In this document: positions 1 through 11,576 of the stretch, in pieces | Layout of the letters: the number at the start of each line of letters is the position of its first letter | How positions within the stretch are numbered: the stretch's first letter is position 1 | Assembly (NCBI GenBank): GCA_964188305.1 | Contig: OZ076886.1 | Strand: one strand, 5' to 3' | From: Podarcis bocagei | Lineage: Eukaryota | Length of the DNA stretch: 64,000 nucleotides | The notes under the pieces: model-generated | Databases searched by the model: none | Seen by the model: only the letters and a program-made list of their open reading frames with translations | What the model was told of the DNA's origin: nothing | Position numbers and translations under genes: made by a program

Positions 1-1833
1 AGTCTTCCGGGTTGACGCGATCTGGAAATGGCGGATTCCCTCCGAGCTGCGGAGGGAATCGGCTCTACCGAGGACGGGTCTTTGCCGCGCCGGCGACGCG
101 GGGACCCTTAAAAACCGCAGGCGCGGATGCCTGCGGACTGAAGACTCGACGGGTGCCTTAAGCGCCCCCCCCTGATCCACGAAGAGCCTTTTTAAAGGCT
201 GCGGAGAGGATACGGGGGTGGCGTGGCACTGAGAGTCGATCGCTACCTCGGTGGAGCGAAGCCGCGAGCCATGACCAGAGAGCGCTGACTTCCTTCCTTG
301 AAAATTTGGACTGAAAGAATCACCCGTGAGTAAGACGGATTGGGACTTTAAAAAATTTACCCTGAATTGGAGACGACCGGGGGGTGTGCTAAAAGGAAGT
401 CCGCACCCCCCCCTTGCAGACGATTTAAGCAACGACATAAGAGCTAAGCTGGAGAGCCTACCCTTGGTGGGGTGAGTTAAAAAGGACATTAACTTTCAAG
501 ATTTGGCTAAAGGAAATTTTGGGCTGGAGAGTGGAGTTTTGGAAACCTTCTTTTTGTTTTAAACAACCCCCCCTCCCGGGCTCGGGAAAGTCCTGCCTTT
601 GTGCCTGTGTAAGAGCTGCGGAGTTTGACAGCTGTCAAAGCTGTCAAACGGGCGGTTTAAAGTGAAAAAATCACTATTTAAGATCCCTCTGGACTAAGAC
701 GAGTTATAATTGAGCCAAAATTGTTGGAAACAAAGTAATAATAATCTGTTAAAGGACTGTTGGAGAAAAGACTAATAAGTAACCAGATTCCCCCTAGGGG
801 GAATTCTGTGATATTACAATGGATACAATGGCTGTGGAAGGAAAGTTGCTAATGGAAATCGAAAGGATGTTTCAATTGGTGGGAACTTTACAAGAGCAGA
901 GCTTGGCCATGAATAAACAACTTGTGACTATGACCTTGGGAACAGGCAACTCTGCTCTTTGTATTGAGGACCTGAATGAGAAAGAATCCACAGCTGAATG
1001 GGAAACAATATCTACAGAGGTGGAAGAGACTAAACAACAAGAAAAAGAAGAAGCAACCTTGGGAAGCAACAACCAAAAGTTGACATCTGTGGAACACAAG
1101 CAAGGAGACGCTGGGAACTTATCTACCACAAGTCTGCGAAAGACACAGAAGAAGAAGGAGGAGGTCCCGGGGCAATATGGAATACAGGAACTTAAAATAA
1201 AGAAATATGACTGGGGCCTCCGTTTGGACTCTGATTTTGAAGATACAGGCTTTGTGGAAATCTTTCAGCAGTTACTTTCAAATCTCCTTGTGGGAAGAGA
1301 ATACACTTTGATGGTGAAAGAACTTTTTCCAGACTCGACGACTGAGATAAAGGACTACCAACAAGACAGGCGGAGAGGGACTGAAACTGACTTGAAAGCC
1401 TCGGACGTGAGAAACCCAGGCTGAGAATCTCGAATTTGGATTTCTATTGGGAAGGGACAAAAACCGGGGATGGGAGGGAGGGAAGAGGAGACTTTTAAAA
1501 ACTCTTAAGATTTTTAGGTTTGGTTAATATGACTCTTAATTAAGACAAAATGAAAATCGATGGAAGAGAACTTAAGTCCAACTTAGGAAAATCAATTTTT
1601 ATTATAAAAGAGGTAATAAGATGAATAAGATGGTTAAGAGGAGAAACACCAACTTGCTGATATAATCTTGGGAACTGGGATGCACGAGGGGGGGTGGGGG
1701 GAAGTCAGGGAACAAGGTTATGAAATGGGGATTTGCTGATTTTATACATGTTTTTGTTTTGTGTCTTTTCTTTGTGTGTGTTTTGTCTTTATAAAAGCAG
1801 AAAACCAAATAAAAATTTATATAAAAAAAAAAA
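1..1833 (+). mobile_element. Non-autonomous L1-related (HAL1-like) retroposon, ~1.8 kb; 5' end at or beyond the window edge
   Basis: CpG-rich 5' region (1-~450) with a YY1-like AAATGGCGG (26-34). One 201-aa ORF, then a G-rich tract (1687-1711), a T-rich tract, AATAAA (~1808) and a poly(A) tail to ~1833. No EN/RT coding. Confidence 0.7.
819..1424 (+). CDS. 201-aa ORF of the retroposon; charged protein with a probable N-terminal coiled coil (ORF1-like, unverified)
   Basis: Uninterrupted ATG-TGA ORF on a purine-rich sense strand inside a poly(A)-tailed element. E/K/Q-rich with heptad-like hydrophobic spacing in residues ~10-40. Confidence 0.5.
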   Translation: MDTMAVEGKLLMEIERMFQLVGTLQEQSLAMNKQLVTMTLGTGNSALCIEDLNEKESTAEWETISTEVEETKQQEKEEATLGSNNQKLTSVEHKQGDAGNLSTTSLRKTQKKKEEVPGQYGIQELKIKKYDWGLRLDSDFEDTGFVEIFQQLLSNLLVGREYTLMVKELFPDSTTEIKDYQQDRRRGTETDLKASDVRNPG

Positions 1834-2242
1834 CATATGGGCATTAACACAGGCACTTTTAATTTCAAAGGTTTGTAGCTATAGCAAACTGTGAGAGTCT
1901 CTCAGGATCTCCTCTGTGGGTCTGAATTTCAAATATTCAGCACTGGTTGCTGGCCTGAGTTCACAGGATTCTTGGGTATGAATTATATTTTCTTAAGGAA
2001 TAAAAATGTACCTCTGTTCTCTGAATTCCCAAGTAAAAATAGAGACTCATGAGATCGCTAGGTAGAGTTCTGGTTTCTGTACATTTGGAAGCTAATCCAG
2101 AATGAAAAGCAGAGGGCAGGAAAGGAACCCCATACAGTATTCCCACTTTAAATTTGGATTTGTGTCTCTGTTCCTCACAGACACAGGCAATCATATGCAG
2201 ACCATACCATAATGAAGCAAACTCTGCAGTGCGGCCTAGTAC

Positions 2243-2256
2243 GTTGCTATAGTAAC
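2243..2256. promoter_or_regulatory. Isolated RFX X-box-like palindrome GTTGCTATAGTAAC
   Basis: Close to the RFX consensus GTTRCCATGGYAAC. Function not shown. Confidence 0.3.
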
Positions 2257-3197
2257 CATGCAGTAGTAGTGATAACGAAAACCAGACCTGGTATTACCGC
2301 TCTCTTGGTCCCATCAGAGGCAAACTGACAAACGTGATGGAGCTTCCCACATCTCAAAGTAGTAACAGCCTCAAATCCTGAAGGGCCTAAAATTATTGAC
2401 CTGGTCAGATTATAATCTGTTTACAAGCTATGCATGGCTTGGGTCTGGCCCCTGTAGGTTCAAATCTGTCACATCTTGCAGTATGCAAGTTGATCCATGC
2501 TCTTTGTCTTTGGTTCTGCCAAGTTCTTAATGAGTATCACTTTACTGTCTAAAAACAAGGCAAGAGTAAGACTGAAGATCAGAGGCTTAAAAAGGGTTCT
2601 TCCACCTGCAGAGCATTTGGCCTGCGCCAAAGGCCCTAGGAGACTTATAAAATATTTGCTCAAATGTTTCCTGCTTGAAAGCAATGGCTTGTTAACTAAC
2701 TAATTAGTTCAAACCAAGGTATTGTTTGAATAGTTCCCCAAGGAAAGCATGTTGATGATCTAGTATTTTATTTCCAGGTCTGTTTTCACACAGCAATGGA
2801 ACCTGGCTTGTTTAGAAGAAAAGCTATGAAACTAAGAATTACTTGTATCACATTAGAAACTGAGCCAGTTCAAACACCTAGACTACCTCTCCAGATTGAA
2901 TCATGTGAAACAAGTTGCTTTGGAATATAGGCTTAAGAGTTCAGTTAGCTAATATGTAGAATGGTGGGTGGTAAAAGTTAATCCAAGCAACAAATTTATT
3001 AGGAATATCTCCCCATATATAAGAAAAAAGTAATGTAATACCTGGCTTCTAGCTTCTTCTGCAACAGACTAACATGACTATCCTTCTGGAAGTTTTCCCT
3101 ATGTTTAAAGAACTCAGGAAAACAATCATAGTGCAGAGTTAATTCCCTCTCCGTTGTAATCATAGAGGCACTTATTTATGTTTAATACTCATATAGT

Positions 3198-3353
3198 CAG
3201 TGCTTTTTTCCTAAAAATTGTTTTGACTCAAGAAAATCACCATTTAATAGTTAAAACCGGGGAAAATAAATACAGTAAATGGACAAAAGTACAAAGATTC
3301 ACAAAACGTTTAGGGGTATCTGTACCCCTTCGTACCCCTAGAAAAAAGCACTG
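3198..3353. mobile_element. hAT-type MITE
   Basis: TIR CAGTGCTTTTTT...AAAAAAGCACTG; 8-bp TSD CATATAGT/CTTATAGT (7/8). A related copy lies in the opposite orientation at ~53966-54117. Confidence 0.8.
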
Positions 3354-3612
3354 CTTATAGTTGAGAGGAAGGTTAATCAATTAGGTCTTTTCTATCTAGG
3401 AACGGCAGATGCAAATAATAGCTGAAGGGTTATTAAAGAAGTAGTTTCCTTCCAGTTCCAGAAAGAAATTAGTGACCTCATTGATGATTTGCCTTGGAAG
3501 GTGGGATTTCACAGGGATTCTTCTAAAAAGGCAGCTCATTGCTCATACATTTGTACTAGAAGAAGCCAAGCCTGGTAGAAAAAAAGACTTCTATGGAGTG
3601 TAAGGCTAGTTC

Positions 3613-3843
3613 TAGGCTTGCCATATGTCAGGAAAATTCCTGACATGTCCTGGTTTTGGGGTGCAAAAATGGCATCAGGGGATTTTTGCTGAAAACCCGG
3701 ATGTATGGAAACAGCTCTGAAAGTTTAAAATCACTATTTTTGGGTTAGATTTCCCCAAAGAAGTTCAACAATTTTGGTGGTTTCCTAAAAATAACAACTT
3801 TGCTGGTGTCAGGAATTTTACTTTCTGAAAGATGGCAACTCTA
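3613..3843. mobile_element. hAT (Blackjack/Tip100-like) MITE with TAGG..CTA termini
   Basis: Ends TAGGCTTGCCAT / ATGGCAACTCTA, flanked by direct repeat CTAGTTC. Confidence 0.75.
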
Positions 3844-4178
3844 CTAGTTCTGAAATGCATTATGTCAGCTACCGGATTTCCGGGCCCATTGTATTATGCA
3901 ATTTCTTAAGACACAAGAAATACTGGCTTGATGTATAACAAATAATTGTATCACTAATCTACCTGAAGGTTAGGAATCAGGAAAAATGTTCAGAACTGGA
4001 TAGAAATAACAAAGCAATAGCTTCCACACCCCTCCTGGCAAGCTTTTAAGCTGAGGCATGACACACTCATTCATGAGACTTGCTCACCTTGCAAGAATGC
4101 CCATCTGCGAGGTCGTGCTTAGTTATAGGTGACAATGCCACACCCTCTTGTTCAGGCTTCTGATCAGTTGCTGCTGCT

Positions 4179-4307
4179 CATGGGCATAGGCTCCGATAAA
4201 TAAAAATAAATAAAAAAATAAAAATAAAAATACATAGCTAACTTTGGTCCTGCCCCCCCCCCACAAAAGGCCTGCCCCCCCCAACAAAAATCCTAGCTAT
4301 GCCCATG
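4179..4307. mobile_element. hAT MITE (CATGGGC TIR family)
   Basis: Termini CATGGGCATAG...CTATGCCCATG; same TIR family as 4576-4717. Confidence 0.6.
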
Positions 4308-4575
4308 CTACCGCCTCCTGAGTGCCTCTCCGCCTGGCAACCTGCAGCTCTCCCTAGCCTCCACTGAGGCTCTCCACTCTGCTGAGAGGTCAGAGCTGGC
4401 ATCCTTACGCCCCTTTCCGAAGCAGCTGAAGTTGAGGCACAATGGGGACAACTCGCTTCCTCTGACCTCATTTCCCAACAACTGGCCTCCCCTGTTTTCC
4501 TTTCTTCTCCTCCTGTGATGGAGCCCACCAACCTAAGTTTGATCCCAATAATGCTGCAGAGTTCAAAGTGGTGAG

Positions 4576-4717
4576 CATGGGCGTAGCCAGGATTGTTAGG
4601 GGTGCAGACTTTATGTTGGGGTGGGGCAGAACTGAGCTATCTGTGACGTGATTGTTCAGTTAGGTATTTTTATTTACCTGATGGAGGGGCAGCTGCCCCC
4701 CCCCGGCTACCCCCATG
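4576..4717. mobile_element. hAT MITE with perfect 8-bp TSD
   Basis: TIR CATGGGCGTAGCC / GGCTACCCCCATG; TSD GTGGTGAG at 4568-4575 and 4718-4725. Confidence 0.85.
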
Positions 4718-4741
4718 GTGGTGAGAGGTGTTATTTTTCTA

Positions 4742-4843
4742 GTTGTTGTTGTTGTTGTTGTTTAGTCGTTCGGTTGTGTCTGATTCTTCATGACCCCACG
4801 GGCCAGAGCACACCAGGCACTTCCGCAGTTTGGTCAAACTCAT
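4742..4843 (-). mobile_element. BovB (RTE) LINE 3' end
   Basis: (GTT)n tail plus the reverse complement of the BovB 3' terminus seen at 9520-9631. Confidence 0.85.
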
Positions 4844-6014
4844 GAGCAGGAACTGGCAAGCCACTGCCGAGAAAACTCCATGGACAAAAGCAACAGGCAT
4901 ATTTTTCTATTAAACTATACTAAACAGTTCTCTATTCTAAATCAGCATATACAATTTTTATATAAATCAAGTGTCTTAGTTGTCTTCTTGTTTTGGTGAT
5001 GCATAATGCATAAGTAGTGACACACCTGGTAGTTGATCAACATATGCTGATTAGACAAATAGTTTTAACTGCAATTCACGTAATCCCTTAACCGTGGTAT
5101 CATGTTGGCTGGGGCTGATTGGAGTTTGTAGATGAAAGCATGTGGAGGCACCAGGCTGGGGAAAGCTGCTCTATGGTTTGCAAGATGCTACCACACATTC
5201 AGCAGTTGACACAACCTTATGTGCACACACAGTGAAAGTAAGAGCATCACTCCAAATATATCCAGGTTCTCCCACATGTGCATTCCTTGAATGTGAATAT
5301 AGTTTTATGCCATGTGTGAACATGTGTACAATGCAACATTTGTACGGTGCTAGAATTAACACAGAACCAATTCCAGCCATTGTGAGCCAGGAGAGCTAGG
5401 AGAAAGAGTGCTATGTTAGCAAGAACTAGACCAAAAAGGAACAGATTGGTATTTGTTATACAACTAATGACGTTAAAGATGGCCAATCTGTTGAAGTGGA
5501 TGGGATGCACACTAAAGACTTTTCAGCAGTTGTGCCAGCAACCCCATGCTATAGGTGGAAATAAATGCAGATTTATTTTAGTGTATTTTAATATTTATAC
5601 ATTGCCTTTTAAAAACCAATGTTATTAACCAAATCTCAGGAATATGGTTATTATTTTAATAAATCCAATGTATATATACATATAGCCTGTTGAGTTTAAA
5701 TCTCACATTACTTTGGTTGGGCTTTCCTAAGCTTGCTGGGAACTTCAGGTCCCATAACCAGAAGAAGTAACTTCCCTTTGCCTCTATTTTCAATGGCTCT
5801 GTGCCAGAATCAGCTACGCATCCCGTGACTTTAATCTCTGCATTAGTTGGGGCTATGTGAGGGATAATTTCCCTCTAGATACAAATAAACTCAGACTAAC
5901 GTAACTTGTGAAGAAGATTAAAATGATTTCAACTAAGCAATGTGTAAATAATACTGAACTGCAGCCTAATCCCACACATGTTTACTCAGATGTAAAGTTC
6001 ATAATGTCCAGTGG

Positions 6015-6271
6015 CAGGGCTGGTCAGACTGAGGATACTGCCTCAGGTAGAAATGTTGAGGGGCAGCAGCAGCTCCCTGCAAACTGTTCTTCCTGAGCCC
6101 ACTAACTGTGCCGTGTGGCCTGTCCTGCACCCCCTAAACTAGTTTGCATCCCCATGGTGTAGTGGCGAACACTGCCCCATTGCCAATGGTGAAGTAAGAT
6201 TCAGCTGCCCAGTCAGTTTCCGTACATGGAATGCCTCACCTCAGGTAGCAAAATGTATTGGACAGGCCCTG
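6015..6271. mobile_element. hAT-type MITE (CAGGGC...GCCCTG), degraded
   Basis: Short TIRs; the internal motif AAGTAAGATT(C/G)AGCTGCC is shared with ~46087-46290. Confidence 0.45.
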
Positions 6272-8594
6272 TTCCATAGGCCCCTGGGTAAGTGTTCTTA
6301 GGACTGTAATCTTCAGGCCAAACTACATGTTATGATAAACACACTTTTTAAAAAAGCATGCTCCAACTGGCCACTTTTATTTTGAAGAAAAAGCAGCCTC
6401 TTGGCTACAATTTGGAATATGCTCCCAATCCAGACTGAGGCCTCATACCAGTTATCTGCTGAACTCCCTCAGCTGCTTTTTGCCCATGAAATTGCTCTTT
6501 GCTGTTTTTATTTCAAAACAGAGCTGACCAGTTTAGCACCGGCGTAGCAACCCATACTCCCCCTGAGGGAGATAGATTCCCCCCCTCCCCCACTCCTGCC
6601 TTCCTACACTACTGCAGTTTAGGCATTTTTTAAAAAAAGCATTTTACTTTAGACACAGAAAATTGGACATAAATAAATTTAACTCTGCTAGCCTCTCTTC
6701 CAGTGCTGTTAATCTGAAATCATTTGAACAGTAACACTTGGCCTCACAGAAAGTCATAGACATAGAGGTATTTATTAACACATGACAGATTTTTCAGAAA
6801 AGCCTTTGATGTATCCAAGTGGCAGTGGCCATGTGATTATGGAGGCCGAGATGAATGTGGCCTCTTAAAATTACAAGTCATCATGGTAATATTGATCTGA
6901 TCACAGTAGCTTTAGTATGTCATAAGCAAACCTCTCAGATGAAGAGAGAAGAGTGAGAATTAAGATTTTTCAACATCTGTGTAGAGTTGGCATAATCAAC
7001 TCCATGTTTGCATGTGGGTTTTTTGCTTTAGGTTCAGGGGCAAGGCCAGTTTTATTTTTTTGTAGCCAGTGATCCCCCCCCATACTTCTTTGGGGAAGAC
7101 CCCTCTTGTTGCCTGGGTTCTATCCTGACCTGTACTTCCTCTGTGGGCCACACCCCATTACCAGAGTTTTTGATTTCAAGACTTGGCAGTCTTGTGTTGA
7201 TTTATTCTGAGTCATAAGATCAGGGTAATTTCTGATGCACCTTCACTTCCTCCCCCCACCATTCACAACCACCTCCCATGTTTCTTGCGGTTTTGTCTCA
7301 GCTTTTCCTGCTCAACTGACAGGAGACTAAATTGCACGCCAGAAAGAGGCGTGTCACAGCAAGTAGCAACTGCCACCAGCAACGGCGGCACCAGGAGGAG
7401 AGGGCTCATGGCAAAGGGACAAGTGTCAACGAATTCACATCCATTAGCGTAATTTTAGGCTGGTAATTTTAGCTAGGCTGCATTGTGGGTGGGTTAGAAC
7501 AGGGCAGGAAGAGTAACAGGAGCTGTTTTGGAGCAACGTATACTGCTTTCTCCACACTGTCAAGAAAATCACATGACTCATTTATTTCTATTCAGGTTTC
7601 TAACTAATTCTTCAGCTGAATCTGTAAGCAGGAAAAGAAAAACTAGGGAAAGGGAGGCACGGTGGGGCAACTGCCCTTGCCAAATAGTATTCACCTTTGG
7701 GGCTGAATTCCTTGTTGGGCTTCCTGGGTTCTTATCCCGTATGTTTTCTTCCAAAGTTTAGAGGGTTTTCTTCCCAAAGCAACTCATTAAAGAGTTTAAG
7801 TATGATGATTTGGTTTAGTTTTGCTCATTCTTCTTTTCCTGATCAGTGTGCCCCCCTCTCCCTGCTGACTGCCCCCCTCAAAGCTGACAGGAATCACTCC
7901 GTACCTGGTCCGTGTTATTGCACTGGGCCTCAGTGCTGTTCCACTGGGTCATTCATCAAACACATCCTTTCTCAGCTCATCCATTATTAGGATAGCTCAG
8001 GGAGGGAGGGAAAGAAACTGCTGCTGTTCTGTATCTTTAACTTACACCTGTTTAAGCCGCAGGGAGCCAACTCCATTAACTGTAACTGAGCTGGGTTATT
8101 TGCTGTTACTGTTTGTGTTTTGTGTTCTGTTTTGTTTTTTAAATGGTTGGTTGGGATTATCTCGTGCACTCAAGGAAGGCTTCTGCCAGGAGTTGTTTGT
8201 TCAGAGACACAGTCCTTCTAGTACCATACTTATCCACATTCTCTTGCCAGTATGACACTTTTAAGCTCCACTTTGTTGCTGTAGCCAGATGTTCAATAAA
8301 TCATCATCATTAAGAATTTTGAGGCCAAAGGCAAGAGGGGAGGAAAATGTATGAACACCAGGAGGAATAAGAACTTAATTGTCATGGGGAGAATGAAAAA
8401 TTTTACAAGTCCAATGCAAACCATTTCAAAGAGTATCAGTCATTAGGTTTGATTATGAATATTTGTGCCCAGGCTGATCATCTATTATAGTTCCTATGGC
8501 CTTCCAGATGTTGCTGGACTACAACTGTTGTCATCCCTGTCCACTGACATTGCTGGCTGGAGCTGAAGGGAGTTGGAGTCCAACAAACATCATT

Positions 8595-8815
8595 TATTTG
8601 TTGAATTTATATCTCACCTTTTTCTTCAAGGAAAAAACACGTGGTGCACATGGTTCTCTCGCTCCTCATTTTAATCTCACAACAACCTTGCAAGGTAGGC
8701 TAGGCCAAGAGATTATGACTTGTCCAAGGTTATCCTCCAGTGAGCTTCACAGCTGAGTGAGGATTTTAACTCTGGTCTCCCAGGTCTTGGTCCAAAACTC
8801 CAACCACTACACCAT
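8595..8815 (-). mobile_element. tRNA-derived CORE/MIR-like SINE
   Basis: MIR-type core (CTCACAACAACC...GACTTGTCCAAGGT) and a reversed tRNA head ending ACCACTACACCA. Confidence 0.65.
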
Positions 8816-9242
8816 GACTGTACACTACATCCGGAGGGCATCACACTGACAACCCCAACCTACATCTTTGCCCAAATCTGGATTAAAATAATTACCTAAG
8901 ACCCGTCTCTGGTTGTTGGTTTCTGGGTTGGTTTGTTTTTTTGGTAGAACCCCGACTGTTGAACATTCTCCTCAGGCAGGCCAACCTGGTAGTGCTTTCA
9001 TATTGGCACCATGAAAAGAAAAAGAAACACACACACAATGTTACTTTGATTTTACCTACTGTCACTCTTTCATGTTTTAATATTTTAAACATTGTTATAT
9101 ATGTTTAATTGTTTTTAATTTGGGTTGTTAGCTGCTGTTGGGGTTGGAATACTGAAAGGAGGGGTAGACAACATTTCTAACAAACAAATAAGGGCCAGAA
9201 ACAATCCAGAGAAATGAGTTTCAAACTTCCTATCACTAGTGA

Positions 9243-9631
9243 TCGGAAGGCTGATCGCCGAAGAATTGATGCTTTTGTATTATGGTGCTGGAGGAGACTC
9301 TTGAGAGTCCCATGGACTGCAAGAAGATCAAACGCATCCATTCTTAAGGAAATTAGCCCTGAGTGCTCACTGGAAGGACAGATCGTGAAGCTGAGGCTCC
9401 AATACTTTGGCCACCTCATGAGAAGAGAAGACTGCCTGGAAAAGACTCTGATGTTGGCACAAGGAGAAGGGGACGATAGAGGACGAGATGGTTGGACAGT
9501 GTTCTCGAAGCTACAAACATGAGTCTGACCAAACTGCGGGAGACAGTGGAAGACAGAAGTGCCTGGCGTGCTCTGGTCCATGGGGTCACGAAGAGTCGGA
9601 CACGACTAAACGACTAAACAACAACAACAAC
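9243..9631 (+). mobile_element. 5'-truncated BovB LINE
   Basis: Translation RRIDAFVLWCWRRLLRVPWTARRSNASILKEISPECSLEGQIVKLRLQYFGHLMRR matches the BovB ORF C-terminus. (CAA)n tail; TSD ATCACTAGTGA (9232-9242) / ATCACTAATGA (9632-9642). Confidence 0.95.
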
Positions 9632-9949
9632 ATCACTAATGAACTGTTTCTAAACTAGTAAACCACAATGTACAGTACAAGAATCCTCACTTCACAGTGG
9701 TACTGAAATACAGTAACCTCCTTTATTTTATTTCTAAAAAACCCGAGAGCATATGGTTACTATGGAAGAAGGTCCTGCTGCTGGTCCTGCTCTGAGGAAT
9801 TGGGTGCACTGTTAGTCCTGCACTCAGATGTCCACACTTTGGCATGGACATCTGCACCGACAATTCCTATATAGCTTAATTTTAACACTGGGGAAAGGCG
9901 ACAGGAGGACCTCCTGAATTTATTGCCCGTTTCCATTAAAGTTAATTAA

Positions 9950-10700
9950 TTTCCCAGACATTATCAATGTATTTTCCTTCTCTTTTTGTCAATGCTTTTC
10001 CCAGTAACATTTATAGCTTTGCTAGATTCTGACTTTTGAAATCACCTGAAGCATCTTTAGAAATCGTAGTCATTTGTCCTTAAAGTGTTCCAATGTAGCA
10101 TCCTTCCCTTGTGATCTATTATACATTTGTCAACTCCCATAGTCACAGCTCGCAGCTGAATACTGTCCTTTTCAGATGATTGATGACACTTTAATTTATC
10201 ATGTTGATCCAGCACTGCTTTATTTCATTCACTCCCCGAGAACTCTCACAATCAAGAGTAGCCCCAGGGTAGATATTTCTGTATGAAAACTGATGCAAAT
10301 AAATCACCAATTTTCTCTGCAATCTCCTGTTCATCTTTGCTTTTCTCCTCACAAGCAGACAGCCTTTCACTGACTGGAATACATTTAGTAGGAATACCCT
10401 TGACTGTGAAGTCATCAAAATTCCATATTGTCATATTACAGGAAATTTGTCCGAAGAAACAAGAAGATTTCAATTCCTGGTAGGATTGCTACTAGGGCTA
10501 TGCCATTTTTCTTCTTCCAAAAAATGGTTTGTAACCTGCTGCACTGCTTTGGAAAGCAAGTCGCCTCAGTTTAGAAATTTGTACTGAAATCCCATTTTGG
10601 TTTGGAGCACTTTAAACCTTTGTTGCTTCGGATTCCAAAGTGGCCCAGATATCTCAGAAGTGGGACACTGCAGTCCACCCCCTTGATGGAGGCTGTGTTC
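9950..10700 (-). mobile_element. Ancient, degenerate CR1 LINE ORF2 fragment
   Basis: Minus-strand translation DEQEIAEKIGDLFASVF...LDQHDKLKCHQSSEKDSIQLRAV...INVTGK resembles the CR1 motifs EKAExLNxFFASVF, KLKxxKSPGPDGIHPRVL and SLTSVPGK. Many stops and frameshifts. Confidence 0.6.
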
Positions 10701-11229
10701 CTTTTAGCAGCTGCACAATAGGCAGAAGTTAAGCAGAAGGTACTGGGTAAATCTAACCTGGTGTTCTAGTGGAAGCCAGCAAAAGGACTCCTCCTAATAC
10801 AGTGGGGTTTCCTCCCTCTCCTGCCCCCTGCCCGCACTTCTTATAAATCCATTCTGGAGAGTTGAGAGTATACCCCAGAACAGCACACAGGGGTAAAAGC
10901 AGGGAGATGGTTCCATCGGAGAGCAGAAATGCTTGCACTGGTGGAATGCTCATATCTGAATTCCTCTCATGGTGTTGTCCCCATGATATGCCATGGAAAG
11001 TGACATATGTTGATTTTCTGCGTATCACTTCTTGCTACCCCAATTGCACGGCCTCCCTCAATAAAAAGTGTTTACCCTAATTCATCTGCCCCAGCTGCCA
11101 CAAAATATGTCTCTACAGCCACAGCAGGCAGTGCAACCTTCCAGCAGTTTGACTTCACCCACAAAGGCACACTCTTCTATTGTCTCCTGAGACAAATGGA
11201 TGCCAACACCAACAATTACTGGCTGATGT

Positions 11230-11576
11230 GGTAAAGGGACCCCTGACCATTAGGTCCAGTTGCGGACAACCCTGGGGTTGCGGCGCTCATCTCGCTTTAT
11301 TGGCCGAGAGAGCCAGCGTACAGCTTCTGGGTCATGTGGCCAGCATGACTAAGCCGCTTCTGGTGAACCAGAGCAGTGCACAGAAACGTCATTTACCTTC
11401 CTGCCAGAGTGGTACCTATTTATCTACTTGCACTTTGACGTGCTTTTGAACTCTAAGTTGGCAGAAGCAGGGACTGAGCAATGGGAGCTCACCCCATTGC
11501 AGGGATTCAAACCACTGACCTTCTGACTGGCAAGTCCTAGGCTCTGTGGTTTAACCCACAGCGCCACCCACGTCCC
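11230..11576 (-). mobile_element. Sauria SINE, near full length
   Basis: Reverse complement starts GGGACGTGGGTGGCGCTGTGG and ends CCCTTTACC; contains GGTACCTATTTATCTACTTGCAC. Confidence 0.92.

Noticed and set aside
7260-7410. Minus-strand signal-peptide-like ORF MSPLLLVPPLLVAVATCC
   Set aside because: Only 48 codons, with no convincing splice donor or downstream exons.
9760-10500. Possible ADAR/ADAT-like pseudogene or endogenous viral element
   Set aside because: The FASVF and KLK..KS..D.I motifs fit CR1 ORF2 better, and no deaminase catalytic motif is visible.
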